From: a virus
Taxonomy: Duplodnaviria > Caudoviricetes
Length of the DNA stretch: 58,610 nucleotides
Virus record (IMG/VR): IMGVR_UViG_3300037041_000775
Coordinates: 1 to 58,610 of that record
Reading direction: 5' to 3' (one strand)
Under the pieces are notes generated by a model that worked only from the letters and a program-made list of their open reading frames with translations, searched no databases and had not been told where the DNA came from. The first letter of the stretch is position 1; every line of letters begins with the position of its first letter. Shown here in pieces: positions 34,518 through 43,749 of the stretch. The position numbers were made by a program, and so were the translations under genes.

Positions 34518-36305
34518 CTACTTGGCCTCTGCGACAGCGTCGAAGCGGCCGTCCATCGGCGCGTCGTCGCCATCGGGCGATCCACCCAGCGTCACACCGT
34601 CGGCCTTCTTCGCCTTCGGGGCCTTCGGCGGCGACAGGTCGATCACCGTCCAGCCCTTCGGAGCGCGGCCCGCCGGATGCACAGGGGAGCACAGGATCAC
34701 TTGCCCCGGCGCGTTGCTCATGCCCCGCAGCACCGCCGCCAGCGTCTCGGGGTCGAACGCGCGATCCTCGGGCGTGAGCACCGACAGGTTCGCTTCGTCG
34801 TCGCTCGTGACCGCAGCGGCGAGCGCCAGCGTGAGCCGCGCCCACTCGGCACCGGACAGCGCCGTGTGAAGCACGCCGTCGCGGGTGAAGCCAAACTGGC
34901 ACACGTCCTTGCCGTTCGTCGTCAGGACGAGATCGAAGGCGTCCTCGACGGGCAGGTACGACTGCACCTTTACGACGAAGTCCACGCGCGCACGCTCCAG
35001 CACACGGCCGATGGCGTCCTCGATTGCGTCGGAGAGGTCGGCGTAGAGCCGCGCGCGGCCCTTCGCGTCGCGGGCGCGGGCCTGCGCCGCCCGAACGTCT
35101 TCCCACTTCGCGCGGGTGCCCTCCAGCGCCCGCACGATCTCCTCCGCTTCGCGCAGCCGCGCCGCCACGTCCTCGACAGGGACCGCATCGTCGCCCGCCG
35201 TGCTCATCGCCGTCTCGGCAGCGCGGAAGGACGCGACGGCGTCCTGCGCTTCGCGCAGCGCGTCGCCCAGCACCCGCTGCACGCGCTCGTGCTCGGCCTG
35301 CACCTGCATCGTCTCCACGTCCACGCGCGCGGCGTTCGTCAGGGCTTCGGCGCGCGTGAGCATCTTCGTGTGCGCGCCGTGGGGGACGACGTTCTGGCAG
35401 ACGAGACAGTCTGCCGCGTGGTGCTGCGCCGTGAACGTCAGGACGCGGGTGAGCGCGTCACGGGTGCGCGCCACTTCGGCGTTGACCGACGGGGCACCGG
35501 ACAGCTTCGCCTCCAGCGCCGCCGCCTGCTCGCTCAGGCGAGCGTAGGTGGCGATCTTCGTCTCGGCGGCGACGCGGAGCCGGGGCAGATCGTAGACGTG
35601 GCGGGGCTTCATCGTTCCGGCGAGCGCGACCGCAGCCTCACGCACGCGACGGCGGGCGACTTCGATCTCGGCGTCGTTGGGCTCGACAGCGAGCGATGCC
35701 CCCGTCTGCTCGGCCAGCGCCGTTGCGGCCTTCGCGTCGGCCCCGGCGTTGCGCGCCTGCTTCCCGGCGGCTTCGCGGGCGTCCAGCAGCGTCTGCGCGG
35801 GCGAGCCGAACAGCGGGCGGCAGAGGTCGGAGTACGCGGCGCGGAGGTCTTCGGGGAAGAGGTTCAGGATCGTGTCTTCCGACACCGTCGCACCGATGCG
35901 ACCGACGAGCCACGCGCGCACCGTCGCCGGGGAGCCCGCGAGGGCTTCGCGGACTTGCCGCACGGGGAACGACGGCTTCACGTCGGTGGGCAGCGTGCTC
36001 GTTGCTTCGCGCGCCCCGCCGGTCTTCGTGTTGCGTTCGCATTCCCAGCGGGCCGTGCGCCCGTCGGAGAGGGTGACTTCGGCCCACAGCGCCGCGTCAT
36101 TCGCGGGGGCGAGCGCCAGCAGATCGATGCCCTTTGCGACTTCGGCGCGGCCGACCACATCGGACGCGCGCCCCGTGAGGGCGAGTTCGACGCCGTTGAC
36201 GATGCTCGACTTGCCGATCCCGTTGGGGCCGACGATCAGCGTGAGACGGCCCAGTTCCGTCTTCGCGCCCTTCTTCACGTTGCTCTTCACAGACTTGACG
36301 TACAC
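34518..36305 (-). CDS. Rad50/SbcC-like ABC ATPase (595 aa)
   Basis: Walker A GPNGIGKS, coiled coil with central CLVC zinc-hook-like motif, signature LSGAE, degenerate Walker B/D-loop PEDRAFD; AAGGAGG RBS before GTG 36305. Confidence 0.8.
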   Translation of the reverse strand: MYVKSVKSNVKKGAKTELGRLTLIVGPNGIGKSSIVNGVELALTGRASDVVGRAEVAKGIDLLALAPANDAALWAEVTLSDGRTARWECERNTKTGGAREATSTLPTDVKPSFPVRQVREALAGSPATVRAWLVGRIGATVSEDTILNLFPEDLRAAYSDLCRPLFGSPAQTLLDAREAAGKQARNAGADAKAATALAEQTGASLAVEPNDAEIEVARRRVREAAVALAGTMKPRHVYDLPRLRVAAETKIATYARLSEQAAALEAKLSGAPSVNAEVARTRDALTRVLTFTAQHHAADCLVCQNVVPHGAHTKMLTRAEALTNAARVDVETMQVQAEHERVQRVLGDALREAQDAVASFRAAETAMSTAGDDAVPVEDVAARLREAEEIVRALEGTRAKWEDVRAAQARARDAKGRARLYADLSDAIEDAIGRVLERARVDFVVKVQSYLPVEDAFDLVLTTNGKDVCQFGFTRDGVLHTALSGAEWARLTLALAAAVTSDDEANLSVLTPEDRAFDPETLAAVLRGMSNAPGQVILCSPVHPAGRAPKGWTVIDLSPPKAPKAKKADGVTLGGSPDGDDAPMDGRFDAVAEAK

Positions 36306-36986
36306 GGTAGGTGCCTCCTTGCGTGTGTTGGGGGGAACAGAAGTAATAGTCACAGCCTTGCCAGCCGTCAACGATGCGACGGCCTCGGCATGGCGCGCGG
36401 CGTCGATCTCCGCGCCGACGTAGCGACGCCCGACGGCGATGCACGCGCGAGCGGCGGGAGCCATGCCCGCGTAAAGATCGAGCACGAGATCGCCGGGGTC
36501 ACTGAGGGCGTCGAAGACTTGCCCCAGCCACGCATCGGGCTTCTCACTATGCCGCGTGCGCGGCCCGACGTAGGTGTTCCGCAGGTTCCGCAGCCGGGGG
36601 CGCGGCTTCCCCTTCGCGTAGAGCAGGACGGGCTCGCTATCCCCGCGCCAGTGCAGCCCGATGCCGATGCCGCCCGTCTTCGCCCACACACCCCCGGAGA
36701 GATAACGCCACCGCATGTTCCCTTCGGCGGCGGCGAGCCACAGCGCAAGGTGCGGCCACGTCGTCCACAGGAACAGATAGGCGTCGTCCGCAGCGGCGTC
36801 GAAGGCGGCGTCAAGGTGCGCGAGGATCGGCGCGTAGGTGAGCACCCCGTAGGGCAGTTCGCTCTTCGTCCCATCGCCCCGGCAGATCGCGCGGTTGCCG
36901 TAACTCCACGGGGGGTCAGCGTGGACGATGCGCGCCCCGCGCACGTCGGAGAGCAGGGCGGCGACATCGACGCAACGGAGGTCTAC
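36306..36986 (-). CDS. N6-adenine methyltransferase (DPPW type), in frame with the downstream ATPase; start codon uncertain
   Basis: HADPPWSY, LFLWTT, HSEKP, VLDLYAG and GAEID motifs; no stop codon before the ATPase. Confidence 0.75.
36343..36371 (-). promoter_or_regulatory. Internal sigma70-like promoter with operator motif
   Basis: TTGACG-N17-TATTAC containing TTGACG-GC-TGGCAA. Confidence 0.65.
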
Positions 36987-37213
36987 GCTGGGGTACTGTT
37001 CTCGGCGTCCTTCGTCAGCAACGCTTCCAACGTCCGCAGGGCTTCCTCGTCCGACGGGCGCTGCGGCTTCGCTTCGCCCTTCGCCCAGCGGTAGATCGTC
37101 CGCCAACTCACCCGACCGTCGAGCAGATCCGCAATCTGCATCGCGGAGTAGCCCCGATCCATCAGCGCAGACACGATCTGCTGCGCCTTCGGAAGTGTCG
37201 GTTGATCCGTCAT
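36983..37213 (-). CDS. Cro/XRE-like HTH regulator (76 aa)
   Basis: AAGGAG RBS; SAMQIADLLDGRVSWRTIYRWAKGEAKP helix-turn-helix. Confidence 0.8.
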   Translation of the reverse strand: MTDQPTLPKAQQIVSALMDRGYSAMQIADLLDGRVSWRTIYRWAKGEAKPQRPSDEEALRTLEALLTKDAENSTPA

Positions 37214-37232
37214 GGTCGTACTCCTTCGCCAC

Positions 37233-37261
37233 GGTTTAGCCTCCCCGTTGCCGTGCGTCAA
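37233..37261 (-). promoter_or_regulatory. Promoter/operator upstream of the HTH gene
   Basis: TTGACG-CA-CGGCAA; TTGACG-N17-TAAACC. Confidence 0.55.
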
Positions 37262-37269
37262 CTTTCCGC

Positions 37270-37671
37270 CTATGACGTAGGGGGATCTGTGACAAGTACC
37301 CAACCCGCCTTCCACGATTCGGGGTCTTCCTGCACGATGCCCGTGACGCGGTAGACCTCGCCGTCGCGGCGGACGTGGAACACCGGCTTCGTCATGCGAA
37401 GCGCGGCGTCCACGATCTGCGCCGTCGCCTTGCCCACGACAGTGTGCGGGCAGACGAAAGCGTCGAAGCGGTGCCGCCCGTTGATGTCCCGGCCCGTCGC
37501 CACGTCCTGCGCCCAGCCGTTCCACCCGCCGCAGCGATGGAAGTTCTCGGCCCAATCCTCGACGCCGTCCACGAGGGTGACGTTGGGCACGACGGCCGTG
37601 ACTGCCGCGCGCCACTCCGCGATCCGCAGCGGATCGTCGCCCTTCGCCGTTGCCAGAAAGACCCGCTTCAT
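37270..37671 (-). CDS. Hypothetical alpha/beta protein (133 aa)
   Basis: GGAGG RBS; ATGA overlap with the polymerase stop. Confidence 0.7.
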   Translation of the reverse strand: MKRVFLATAKGDDPLRIAEWRAAVTAVVPNVTLVDGVEDWAENFHRCGGWNGWAQDVATGRDINGRHRFDAFVCPHTVVGKATAQIVDAALRMTKPVFHVRRDGEVYRVTGIVQEDPESWKAGWVLVTDPPTS

Positions 37672-40448
37672 CCGACCTCCTTCCACGTCAGCCCTACGTC
37701 CGCCGTGGCCGTGAAGCCCACTCCCGGCAGCGAAGGGTCAGTTTGGTTCATGGCTTCTTCGATGATCCGCTGTACGCGCCACGGGGTGCTCCCCTCGGGC
37801 ACGGTCCACTTCTTCGTCTCGGGGTCGTAGCTACACCCGTCCTGCGGGCACTCCACGACGAGCGCGTCGTGCGTCTGTGTGATGAGCCCCGTCCCCGGTC
37901 CCCACTTGTGGAGCGGGATCTGATCCGCGATCTGGATCATCGCGCGGTTGATCAGCGAGGACGCCGCGCCTTGGATCGGGAAGTTCACGATCTCGTTGAG
38001 CGATTCGCCGTCGAGGCAGTCCCGGCGACGGCCCATCACGGGCTCCGCGATGTAGCCATTCGCTCGGAAGAACGCGACTTCTTGGTCCCAGCCGCGCGCA
38101 AACTCCTTCGCTCCCTCCAGCCACGCTTGGTGCATGAGCCGCACTTCGCGCAGCGACAGGCCCAAGTAGACCAGTTCGCCGTGCTCGTCTTCGGTCAACT
38201 GGAGCAGCCGGAGCACCGTGTCGGGAGCGCCGCCGTACTGCGACGCATACTGCACCATCTTCGCGAGGTTCCGCATCCGGTAGGCGTCCTCGGCCCACTT
38301 GCCCGTCGGCTGGAAGAGGAACGGGATCCGCCGGTCGCCGGGGCGCGGGATGCGGTTTCCTTCGGGAAAGCCCTTCGACGCGGCGAAGCGGTCCCCGAAC
38401 ACCGCCATCGCGGTCATGCTGTGCGGGTCCGCGCCCGCCGCGAAGGCGTCGAGATACAGCTTGCACTGCCAGCGCGCGGCGGCGATCCGCAGTTCAAGCT
38501 GATCGGCGTCCGCGCCGACGAGGACGTGCCCCGGCTGCGCCACGACGAGCGAGCGGAGCCCCTTCGGGAAGTTCTGCGCGTTGATCGGCTTGCTGGACGA
38601 CAGGCGTCCCGACACCGTGACGTGCGCGTTGTAGCCGGGGCGCATCCGCCCGTCGGCCCACACGATCCCCCGCTTGACGTAGCCGCGCTTCTCGCGCTCT
38701 TCGCGCTCGGCGTCACTCTCGTCTTCGTCCCAGCCGACGCCGTCGGCGGCGTCCGTCATGGGCCGCAGCTTGACGATGTACGTCCCCAACTCCTTCTGCG
38801 CGCTTCGGTAGTTCCGCAGCGTCTTCAGAAACGCCCGCTGCTGCTCCGTGAGGTTGGGGATCATCAAGCATCCCCGGATCACGTTGTCATCCGTCGAGGG
38901 GTCGCCGCTGCCGGTGAAGCGCAGTTCGTCGTCAATCGGCGGTTCCAGCTTCCACGACCCGAACAGCAAGCGCCGGAGCGCGTGCGTCGATCCGGGGTTC
39001 AGGTCGGGCACGCCGGATGCGTCCCGCAGCGACGTGCGAAGGTCGAGCACTTCGCGCAGCTTGGACTTCTCCTTCGCGGCGCGGGCCGTCTGATCGACGT
39101 ACATGCCGACGGTGTGCATATCGGCGCAGATCCGCTGGATCCGATGGTCGCAGGCGATCAGATGATCTTGGGCGCGGACCTTCGTTGCGTCGTAGAGCGC
39201 GGGCATGACGCGCGCCGTCACGGCTACGTCGAGGGCGCAGTAGTGGTGCAGTTCTTCGTCCGTCTCACTGTCGAACGCGAGTTTGCGGCCTTCGCGGTCG
39301 GTTTTCCATGCGTGAATGTCGGTGTAAACGCTGCCGACGAACGCGAGGTTGTGGGGCAGTTCGCTTTCCACGAGCCGGTGAAGCAGGATCGTGTCGAGCG
39401 TCGGCATCGGGTCGATGCCGTACTGCGACCGGACCACCATGCGGTCGTAGCTTCCGGCGTTGTGTCCGACCTTCACCACCTGCGGGTGCGCGAAGAAGGC
39501 CCGCAGCACGTCGTGGATCTGCGCTTCCTCGCTCGGCGTGTAGAAGCGGCTCGCGCCGTCCTTCGCCAGAAGCCCAACAAGGTGGACTTCGTCGGCGTCC
39601 CCGATGCCGATGCACCGGACGTTCGCGGACAAGGGCTCGATCCCGTCCGTCTCGTAGTCGTAGGCGAGCACTGCGCCGGGGCGCAAAATGAACGCCGCCA
39701 ACTGCTCGGGCGACGGCTGATAGACGATGCGGGGCTCGCGCCACGCGAGCACGCCCCGGAACCAGCGCGCGGCGCGGCTCACGTCGGTGCGGAAAGGGAC
39801 AGTCCACTTCGGGGACCGCTGGACGAAGCCGGGAGACAGCGTCGGCATCAGCTTGACGACGCCGCCCGTGTTCGCTTCGCTCGCCTCCACGCCGACGACG
39901 CGGAGCGTGTTCGCGGCGGGGTCGTAGTGCAGCCGCCCCAGCATCATCCCGCCGCGTAGGTCGAGGATCGACGCGCCTGCGCCCGTCACCCCCTTCGTGG
40001 CGACGCTGCCCATCGTGATGATGCGGTCGAAGCGCGCCAACTCCGCAGCCAGCCGGGGGCGGCAGCAGTCGATAGGCGACGGTTCGAGCGGGAGCGCCGG
40101 ATAGCCGTCCTTCGCCCGCTGTACGTTCTCCCGCTTCTTCTCGGCGTTGCGGCTCTGGATCTGCGCCAGCAGCCGCTTCATATCGCTGCCGGGGGGCTGG
40201 CACGCGACCGTCGTCGTCCAGTAGGCATCGCCCCGCTTGATGCCCGCCGCCGTCAAGGCACGGGTCGCTTCGTTCGCGGCGGGGCCGACGAATGGACGCC
40301 CTTCGCGGACTTCGGTGTCGCCGGGGAAGTCGCCCACAATGGCGACGGACGCGCCGGGGTTGTCTTCGGCGGGCACGGGGCCACCCGCCCGACACGTCGC
40401 CAACGGGCACACGTCGCAGCGTGCGCCACGGTCACGGGGGTCGCTCAC
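37668..40448 (-). CDS. polA: Family A DNA polymerase with N-terminal UDG family-4-like domain and 3'-5' exonuclease
   Basis: Exo YDYET, HNAGSYD, YCALD; SGRLSS; motif A DADQLELR, motif B RNLAKMVQYASQYG, motif C THDAL; N-terminal CDVCPL and GRPFVG. Confidence 0.93.
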   Translation of the reverse strand: MSDPRDRGARCDVCPLATCRAGGPVPAEDNPGASVAIVGDFPGDTEVREGRPFVGPAANEATRALTAAGIKRGDAYWTTTVACQPPGSDMKRLLAQIQSRNAEKKRENVQRAKDGYPALPLEPSPIDCCRPRLAAELARFDRIITMGSVATKGVTGAGASILDLRGGMMLGRLHYDPAANTLRVVGVEASEANTGGVVKLMPTLSPGFVQRSPKWTVPFRTDVSRAARWFRGVLAWREPRIVYQPSPEQLAAFILRPGAVLAYDYETDGIEPLSANVRCIGIGDADEVHLVGLLAKDGASRFYTPSEEAQIHDVLRAFFAHPQVVKVGHNAGSYDRMVVRSQYGIDPMPTLDTILLHRLVESELPHNLAFVGSVYTDIHAWKTDREGRKLAFDSETDEELHHYCALDVAVTARVMPALYDATKVRAQDHLIACDHRIQRICADMHTVGMYVDQTARAAKEKSKLREVLDLRTSLRDASGVPDLNPGSTHALRRLLFGSWKLEPPIDDELRFTGSGDPSTDDNVIRGCLMIPNLTEQQRAFLKTLRNYRSAQKELGTYIVKLRPMTDAADGVGWDEDESDAEREEREKRGYVKRGIVWADGRMRPGYNAHVTVSGRLSSSKPINAQNFPKGLRSLVVAQPGHVLVGADADQLELRIAAARWQCKLYLDAFAAGADPHSMTAMAVFGDRFAASKGFPEGNRIPRPGDRRIPFLFQPTGKWAEDAYRMRNLAKMVQYASQYGGAPDTVLRLLQLTEDEHGELVYLGLSLREVRLMHQAWLEGAKEFARGWDQEVAFFRANGYIAEPVMGRRRDCLDGESLNEIVNFPIQGAASSLINRAMIQIADQIPLHKWGPGTGLITQTHDALVVECPQDGCSYDPETKKWTVPEGSTPWRVQRIIEEAMNQTDPSLPGVGFTATADVGLTWKEVG

Positions 40449-40801
40449 GGCAGCGTCCGCAGGTAGTCGCAGTCATCCCCGGTCGCGACGACGCGCGCGT
40501 AGGCCCGCACGTCGTCTTCGTAGCGCCGCTCGGCCAAGTAGGCTTCGTAGTGCGCGATGTCCTCGTCGGTGACGGCGTCGAGTTCGTCGGCGCGGACGAG
40601 GATCGCGTAGCGCACTTCGGCTCCGCTCTCGCGTCGAAGCACGAGCGTGATGTGCGCGGCGTCAGGGGAGTAGTACCGCACCGCGCTGATCAGCGCGCGA
40701 TGCACGGGCTCGCGATGATCGTCCAGCTTGCGGGCTGCGACGACGAACGCGCGACGGACGACGTTCGCGTGGGCTTCGTAGGCGGCGCGGTACATGCTCA
40801 C
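40445..40801 (-). CDS. Hypothetical protein (118 aa)
   Basis: GTGA coupling on both sides. Confidence 0.6.
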   Translation of the reverse strand: MSMYRAAYEAHANVVRRAFVVAARKLDDHREPVHRALISAVRYYSPDAAHITLVLRRESGAEVRYAILVRADELDAVTDEDIAHYEAYLAERRYEDDVRAYARVVATGDDCDYLRTLP

Positions 40802-41028
40802 TCCTCGCCTTCGTCTTCGGCGTCGGCGTCGTCCAGATAGTCCAGCACGCGATCCGCGTGGTCGAGCGCATCGCTGATGCGATCCACGGTGCGGCGCACG
40901 GCTTCGGCGCGGACGGTGCCGGTGAAGTCGGGCACGTCCGCGACAGCGCGTGCGTCGCGGATCGCGGCGCTCAGGTCGCGCAGCGCGTGAATGAGGTCGG
41001 CAGTGGTGTAGACGGGCGAACGGGACAC
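40798..41028 (-). CDS. Hypothetical helical protein (76 aa)
   Basis: GGAG RBS before GTG. Confidence 0.6.
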   Translation of the reverse strand: MSRSPVYTTADLIHALRDLSAAIRDARAVADVPDFTGTVRAEAVRRTVDRISDALDHADRVLDYLDDADAEDEGEE

Positions 41029-41116
41029 GGGTGCTCCGGGGGGTAGGGGGCAGAAGCGGAAGGGGGGCGAGCGATGCCGCCCGCCCCCCAGCGTTGTCAG
41101 CGTTGGATCGTCGTGA

Positions 41117-41764
41117 CTACGACGCGCCGAGCGCCTTCAGCAGATCGGTCGCCGCCGTGCCGGTCTTCACCGCGCCGCCGCCGAGCGCCGAGCCACCGAG
41201 CCCGCCGCCCATGCCCATGCCGCCCGCCGGGGTCGTCACGGTCGCGCCCATGCCGCCGCCGAGCCCGCCACCCGCCGGGGTCGTCACCTTCGCGCCGCCG
41301 AGCGCCGCACCGCCGCCCACGCCGACCGCGCCCTCCGCGCGCTTGCCCTGTTCCCACGCCGCCGGGGAGAGGAAGCGGAGATTGTCGCGCTGGCCCGCGT
41401 CCTTGTCGCCCGCCGTGTAGTGGACGGTGACTTCGCGGCCGATGAAGAGCGCCGGGGACGCGGAGATCGTGCCCGCCTCGATCTGCGCCGGGGTGTAGCC
41501 CGCCGCCTCGAAGCACGCGCGCCAGTAGTAGCGCACGTTGTCGTCGGCGGACTGCGGGATGCCGAGCCACGTCGTGCGGACGATGCCCGCGTACTCGGCG
41601 TCGGTGATCTCGACCTTGAAGGCCACCTGCGGGCGACCCGTGGACGCCGTGGTGCCGTCGGCCTCCACGATCTTGCCCTTGTAGAAGCCCGTGGGGAGGT
41701 TGCGGGCACCAGCGCCAGCGGGCGCGACGCCCGCGAGATTCACGTTGAAGTTCCACTCAGCCAT
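41117..41764 (-). CDS. DUF669-like phage ssDNA-binding protein with Gly-rich tail
   Basis: GGAGG RBS; LPTGFYKGKIVEA...STGRPQVAFKVEI pattern; follows the Sak4-like gene. Confidence 0.65.
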   Translation of the reverse strand: MAEWNFNVNLAGVAPAGAGARNLPTGFYKGKIVEADGTTASTGRPQVAFKVEITDAEYAGIVRTTWLGIPQSADDNVRYYWRACFEAAGYTPAQIEAGTISASPALFIGREVTVHYTAGDKDAGQRDNLRFLSPAAWEQGKRAEGAVGVGGGAALGGAKVTTPAGGGLGGGMGATVTTPAGGMGMGGGLGGSALGGGAVKTGTAATDLLKALGAS

Positions 41765-41848
41765 TGTAGTTGCCTCCGATTGCACTCATTGATCCGGCGC
41801 TTACGCCCGCCGGGGAAAGCGTGAGGGCGAACCGCGCCCCCTCGGAAG

Positions 41849-42739
41849 TTAGAAGAAGGTCGCCCAGCGGGTCGCCTTCGCGCGCGTCAGCGTGGCACGG
41901 TCCCACGCATCGCGGATCGTCCATCGGGCGTGCCGGGGATCGATGCCCTTCGCCGTGAGGTCGGCGTAGAACGCCTCCAAGATCGGCGCGTCCTGCTCCG
42001 GCGTGCCGCCCAGCAGCTTCGCCGCGACACCCGCGACGACTTCCTCCTGCCACGGCAAGGTCGGAAGGCGGCTGATGGTGTAGCCGTTGAGCCGCAGGAT
42101 CTCGCCAAGGTTCAGGGGCGCGGGGCTCGGCGTCCCGGCGTCGCGATCCTTGCCCGTCCACTCGATCCCGCCGTCGCAGCGGTAGACCGCGCCCCACGGC
42201 TTGCGGGCCGCGTCGAACGTGGCGCGCAGCACGAGATCGGCCATCGCCGGAAGCTGCTCGGGGAGATCCCCACTCAGCTTCGGCCCGCCGCGTACCCGCG
42301 TCCCGTCGGGCTTCGTCATCGGGGACTGTTCCCAGCAGTTGATGACGACGTGGATCCCGGCGTAGCGAGCGGCGGCGCGGAAGTCCAGAACGTATTCCCG
42401 CAGCTTGCCCCACAGCTTGTAGCCGCTGAACTTGTTCTCCAACGTCGCGAACGTGTGCTCCGCGAGAAACGAGAAATCATCCACGACGATGGCGTCAACG
42501 GTCTTCGTCTTCGCCGCCGCCTCGATGGCTTTGGTGGCCGCGTCGATGGTGTTGCAGTCGTAGACCTTCGGCGTGAAGCCGCAGAGCGACGGGAGCGGCT
42601 TCAGCGCGCCGGGGGCCGCGAGGAAGAGCGCGTTGGGGAAAGAGTAGCCTTGATCGGTCGTTTTACCGACGCCGCTGCGACCGTAGGTCACAACGAACGC
42701 AGGCCCGCCGGGGGCGGCGGCGTTCTTGGGGTTGCTCAC
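41849..42739 (-). CDS. AAA_24/Sak4-like recombination ATPase
   Basis: YGRSGVGKT, IVVDDFS, GPKLSG motifs; GGAGG RBS before GTG. Confidence 0.8.
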   Translation of the reverse strand: MSNPKNAAAPGGPAFVVTYGRSGVGKTTDQGYSFPNALFLAAPGALKPLPSLCGFTPKVYDCNTIDAATKAIEAAAKTKTVDAIVVDDFSFLAEHTFATLENKFSGYKLWGKLREYVLDFRAAARYAGIHVVINCWEQSPMTKPDGTRVRGGPKLSGDLPEQLPAMADLVLRATFDAARKPWGAVYRCDGGIEWTGKDRDAGTPSPAPLNLGEILRLNGYTISRLPTLPWQEEVVAGVAAKLLGGTPEQDAPILEAFYADLTAKGIDPRHARWTIRDAWDRATLTRAKATRWATFF

Positions 42740-42759
42740 GTTGCCTCCGTGATGCTTTC

Positions 42760-42788
42760 CATGTAGTACCCGCTTTGCCACCTGTCAA
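42760..42788 (-). promoter_or_regulatory. Promoter/operator upstream of the Sak4-like gene
   Basis: TTGACA-GG-TGGCAA; the -10 element is weak (TACATG at N17). Confidence 0.6.
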
Positions 42789-42805
42789 CGCGGGTCGGTG
42801 ATTTT

Positions 42806-43642
42806 CTACTCGCTCGCCTCGGGGGGCGTCGCCCATTCGCACTGCGCGTACATCGGGCACGCGCCGTAGCGGGTCCAGCAGGTGTGCTCCGACGGGTGCG
42901 CGGGCCACTCGCTCGGCGCAAGATTGCGGGCCTCGATCTCTTGGATCCGTCGCCACGCTTCCTTGATCGCCTCGGGGAACTTCCGAAGCTGCCCCGGCAC
43001 CGGAGCAAGCTGCGGGCGGGCGAACGTGATCTCCTTCGCGTCGGTTTGCAGCAGGTTGCAGATGACGCCGCCGAACTGCTCCCCGAACGCCAGCCGACCG
43101 GCCCAGCGGTAGGCGAGGAACTGCCCGCTCATCGCGTACCAGCGGGGGTGCGACGTGGTGATGCGCCCCGTGGTTTTGTGATCCACGAAGTAGACGCGCC
43201 CGTCCTTCCCGCGCCACACGAGGTCCACGCGCATCGTCACGGGCGCACCGTCGAAGTCGAGCGCGAAGACCTCCTCGACGTGCAGGATCTCGGGGCGCTC
43301 GGCGGCGTAGCGGGTCAGGTAGCCGCGCACGATGTCGCGGGCGAGCCCCGCGAACTCACGCCACGCGGGGCCGTTCTTCTTGTCCGCGAGCGCGGTGACG
43401 GCGTCCAGCGGCTCGTAGAGCACGCCGGGGTCGCGGCCCTGCTGCTCTTCGCGCATCCGCGCGTAGTAGTGCGCGAGCCCGACGTGAACCATCGAGCCCA
43501 GCGCGAGCGCACGGCCACTCTCGGAATCGTCGGGGCGGTGGCCCTTGTGGGAATATGCGTACAGTTGCGGACACCGCATGAACGTCTCATAGCGGTGCCA
43601 GCCGAACGGGGATGGTCCCGTGTCCAGCAGAAGGGGGGTCAT
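42806..43642 (-). CDS. PD-(D/E)xK Cas4/AddB-like exonuclease (278 aa)
   Basis: RCP, GSMVH, RVDLV, VDHKT, QFLAY and C-terminal CWTRYGACPMYAQC Fe-S cysteines. Confidence 0.85.
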   Translation of the reverse strand: MTPLLLDTGPSPFGWHRYETFMRCPQLYAYSHKGHRPDDSESGRALALGSMVHVGLAHYYARMREEQQGRDPGVLYEPLDAVTALADKKNGPAWREFAGLARDIVRGYLTRYAAERPEILHVEEVFALDFDGAPVTMRVDLVWRGKDGRVYFVDHKTTGRITTSHPRWYAMSGQFLAYRWAGRLAFGEQFGGVICNLLQTDAKEITFARPQLAPVPGQLRKFPEAIKEAWRRIQEIEARNLAPSEWPAHPSEHTCWTRYGACPMYAQCEWATPPEASE

Positions 43643-43689
43643 GTAGTTGCCTCGGGCGTACACTAAGCGCGCCCCTGAGCCTCGGCCAG

Positions 43690-43729
43690 CAAAAGCGCGA
43701 CCCCCCGGCCAGAAGTTGGCCGGGGGGTC
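43690..43729 (-). terminator. Intrinsic terminator
   Basis: 13-bp stem GACCCCCCGGCCA / TGGCCGGGGGGTC followed by GCGCTTTTG on the - strand. Confidence 0.7.
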
Positions 43730-43749
43730 AGGAAGTGCGCGGGATCGCT

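Noticed and set aside
34677-39959. Long + strand ORFs (805 and 769 aa)
   Set aside because: They are shadows of the ATPase/MTase and PolA genes, which carry clear motifs on the - strand.
26011-42739. One of the P-loop proteins as the packaging ATPase or terminase
   Set aside because: The three Walker A proteins fit the SNF2, Rad50-like and Sak4-like families; none shows A32/FtsK or terminase features.
42806-43642. Cas4-like gene as evidence of CRISPR-Cas
   Set aside because: There are no cas1/cas2 genes and no repeat-spacer array; the context is a phage recombination module.
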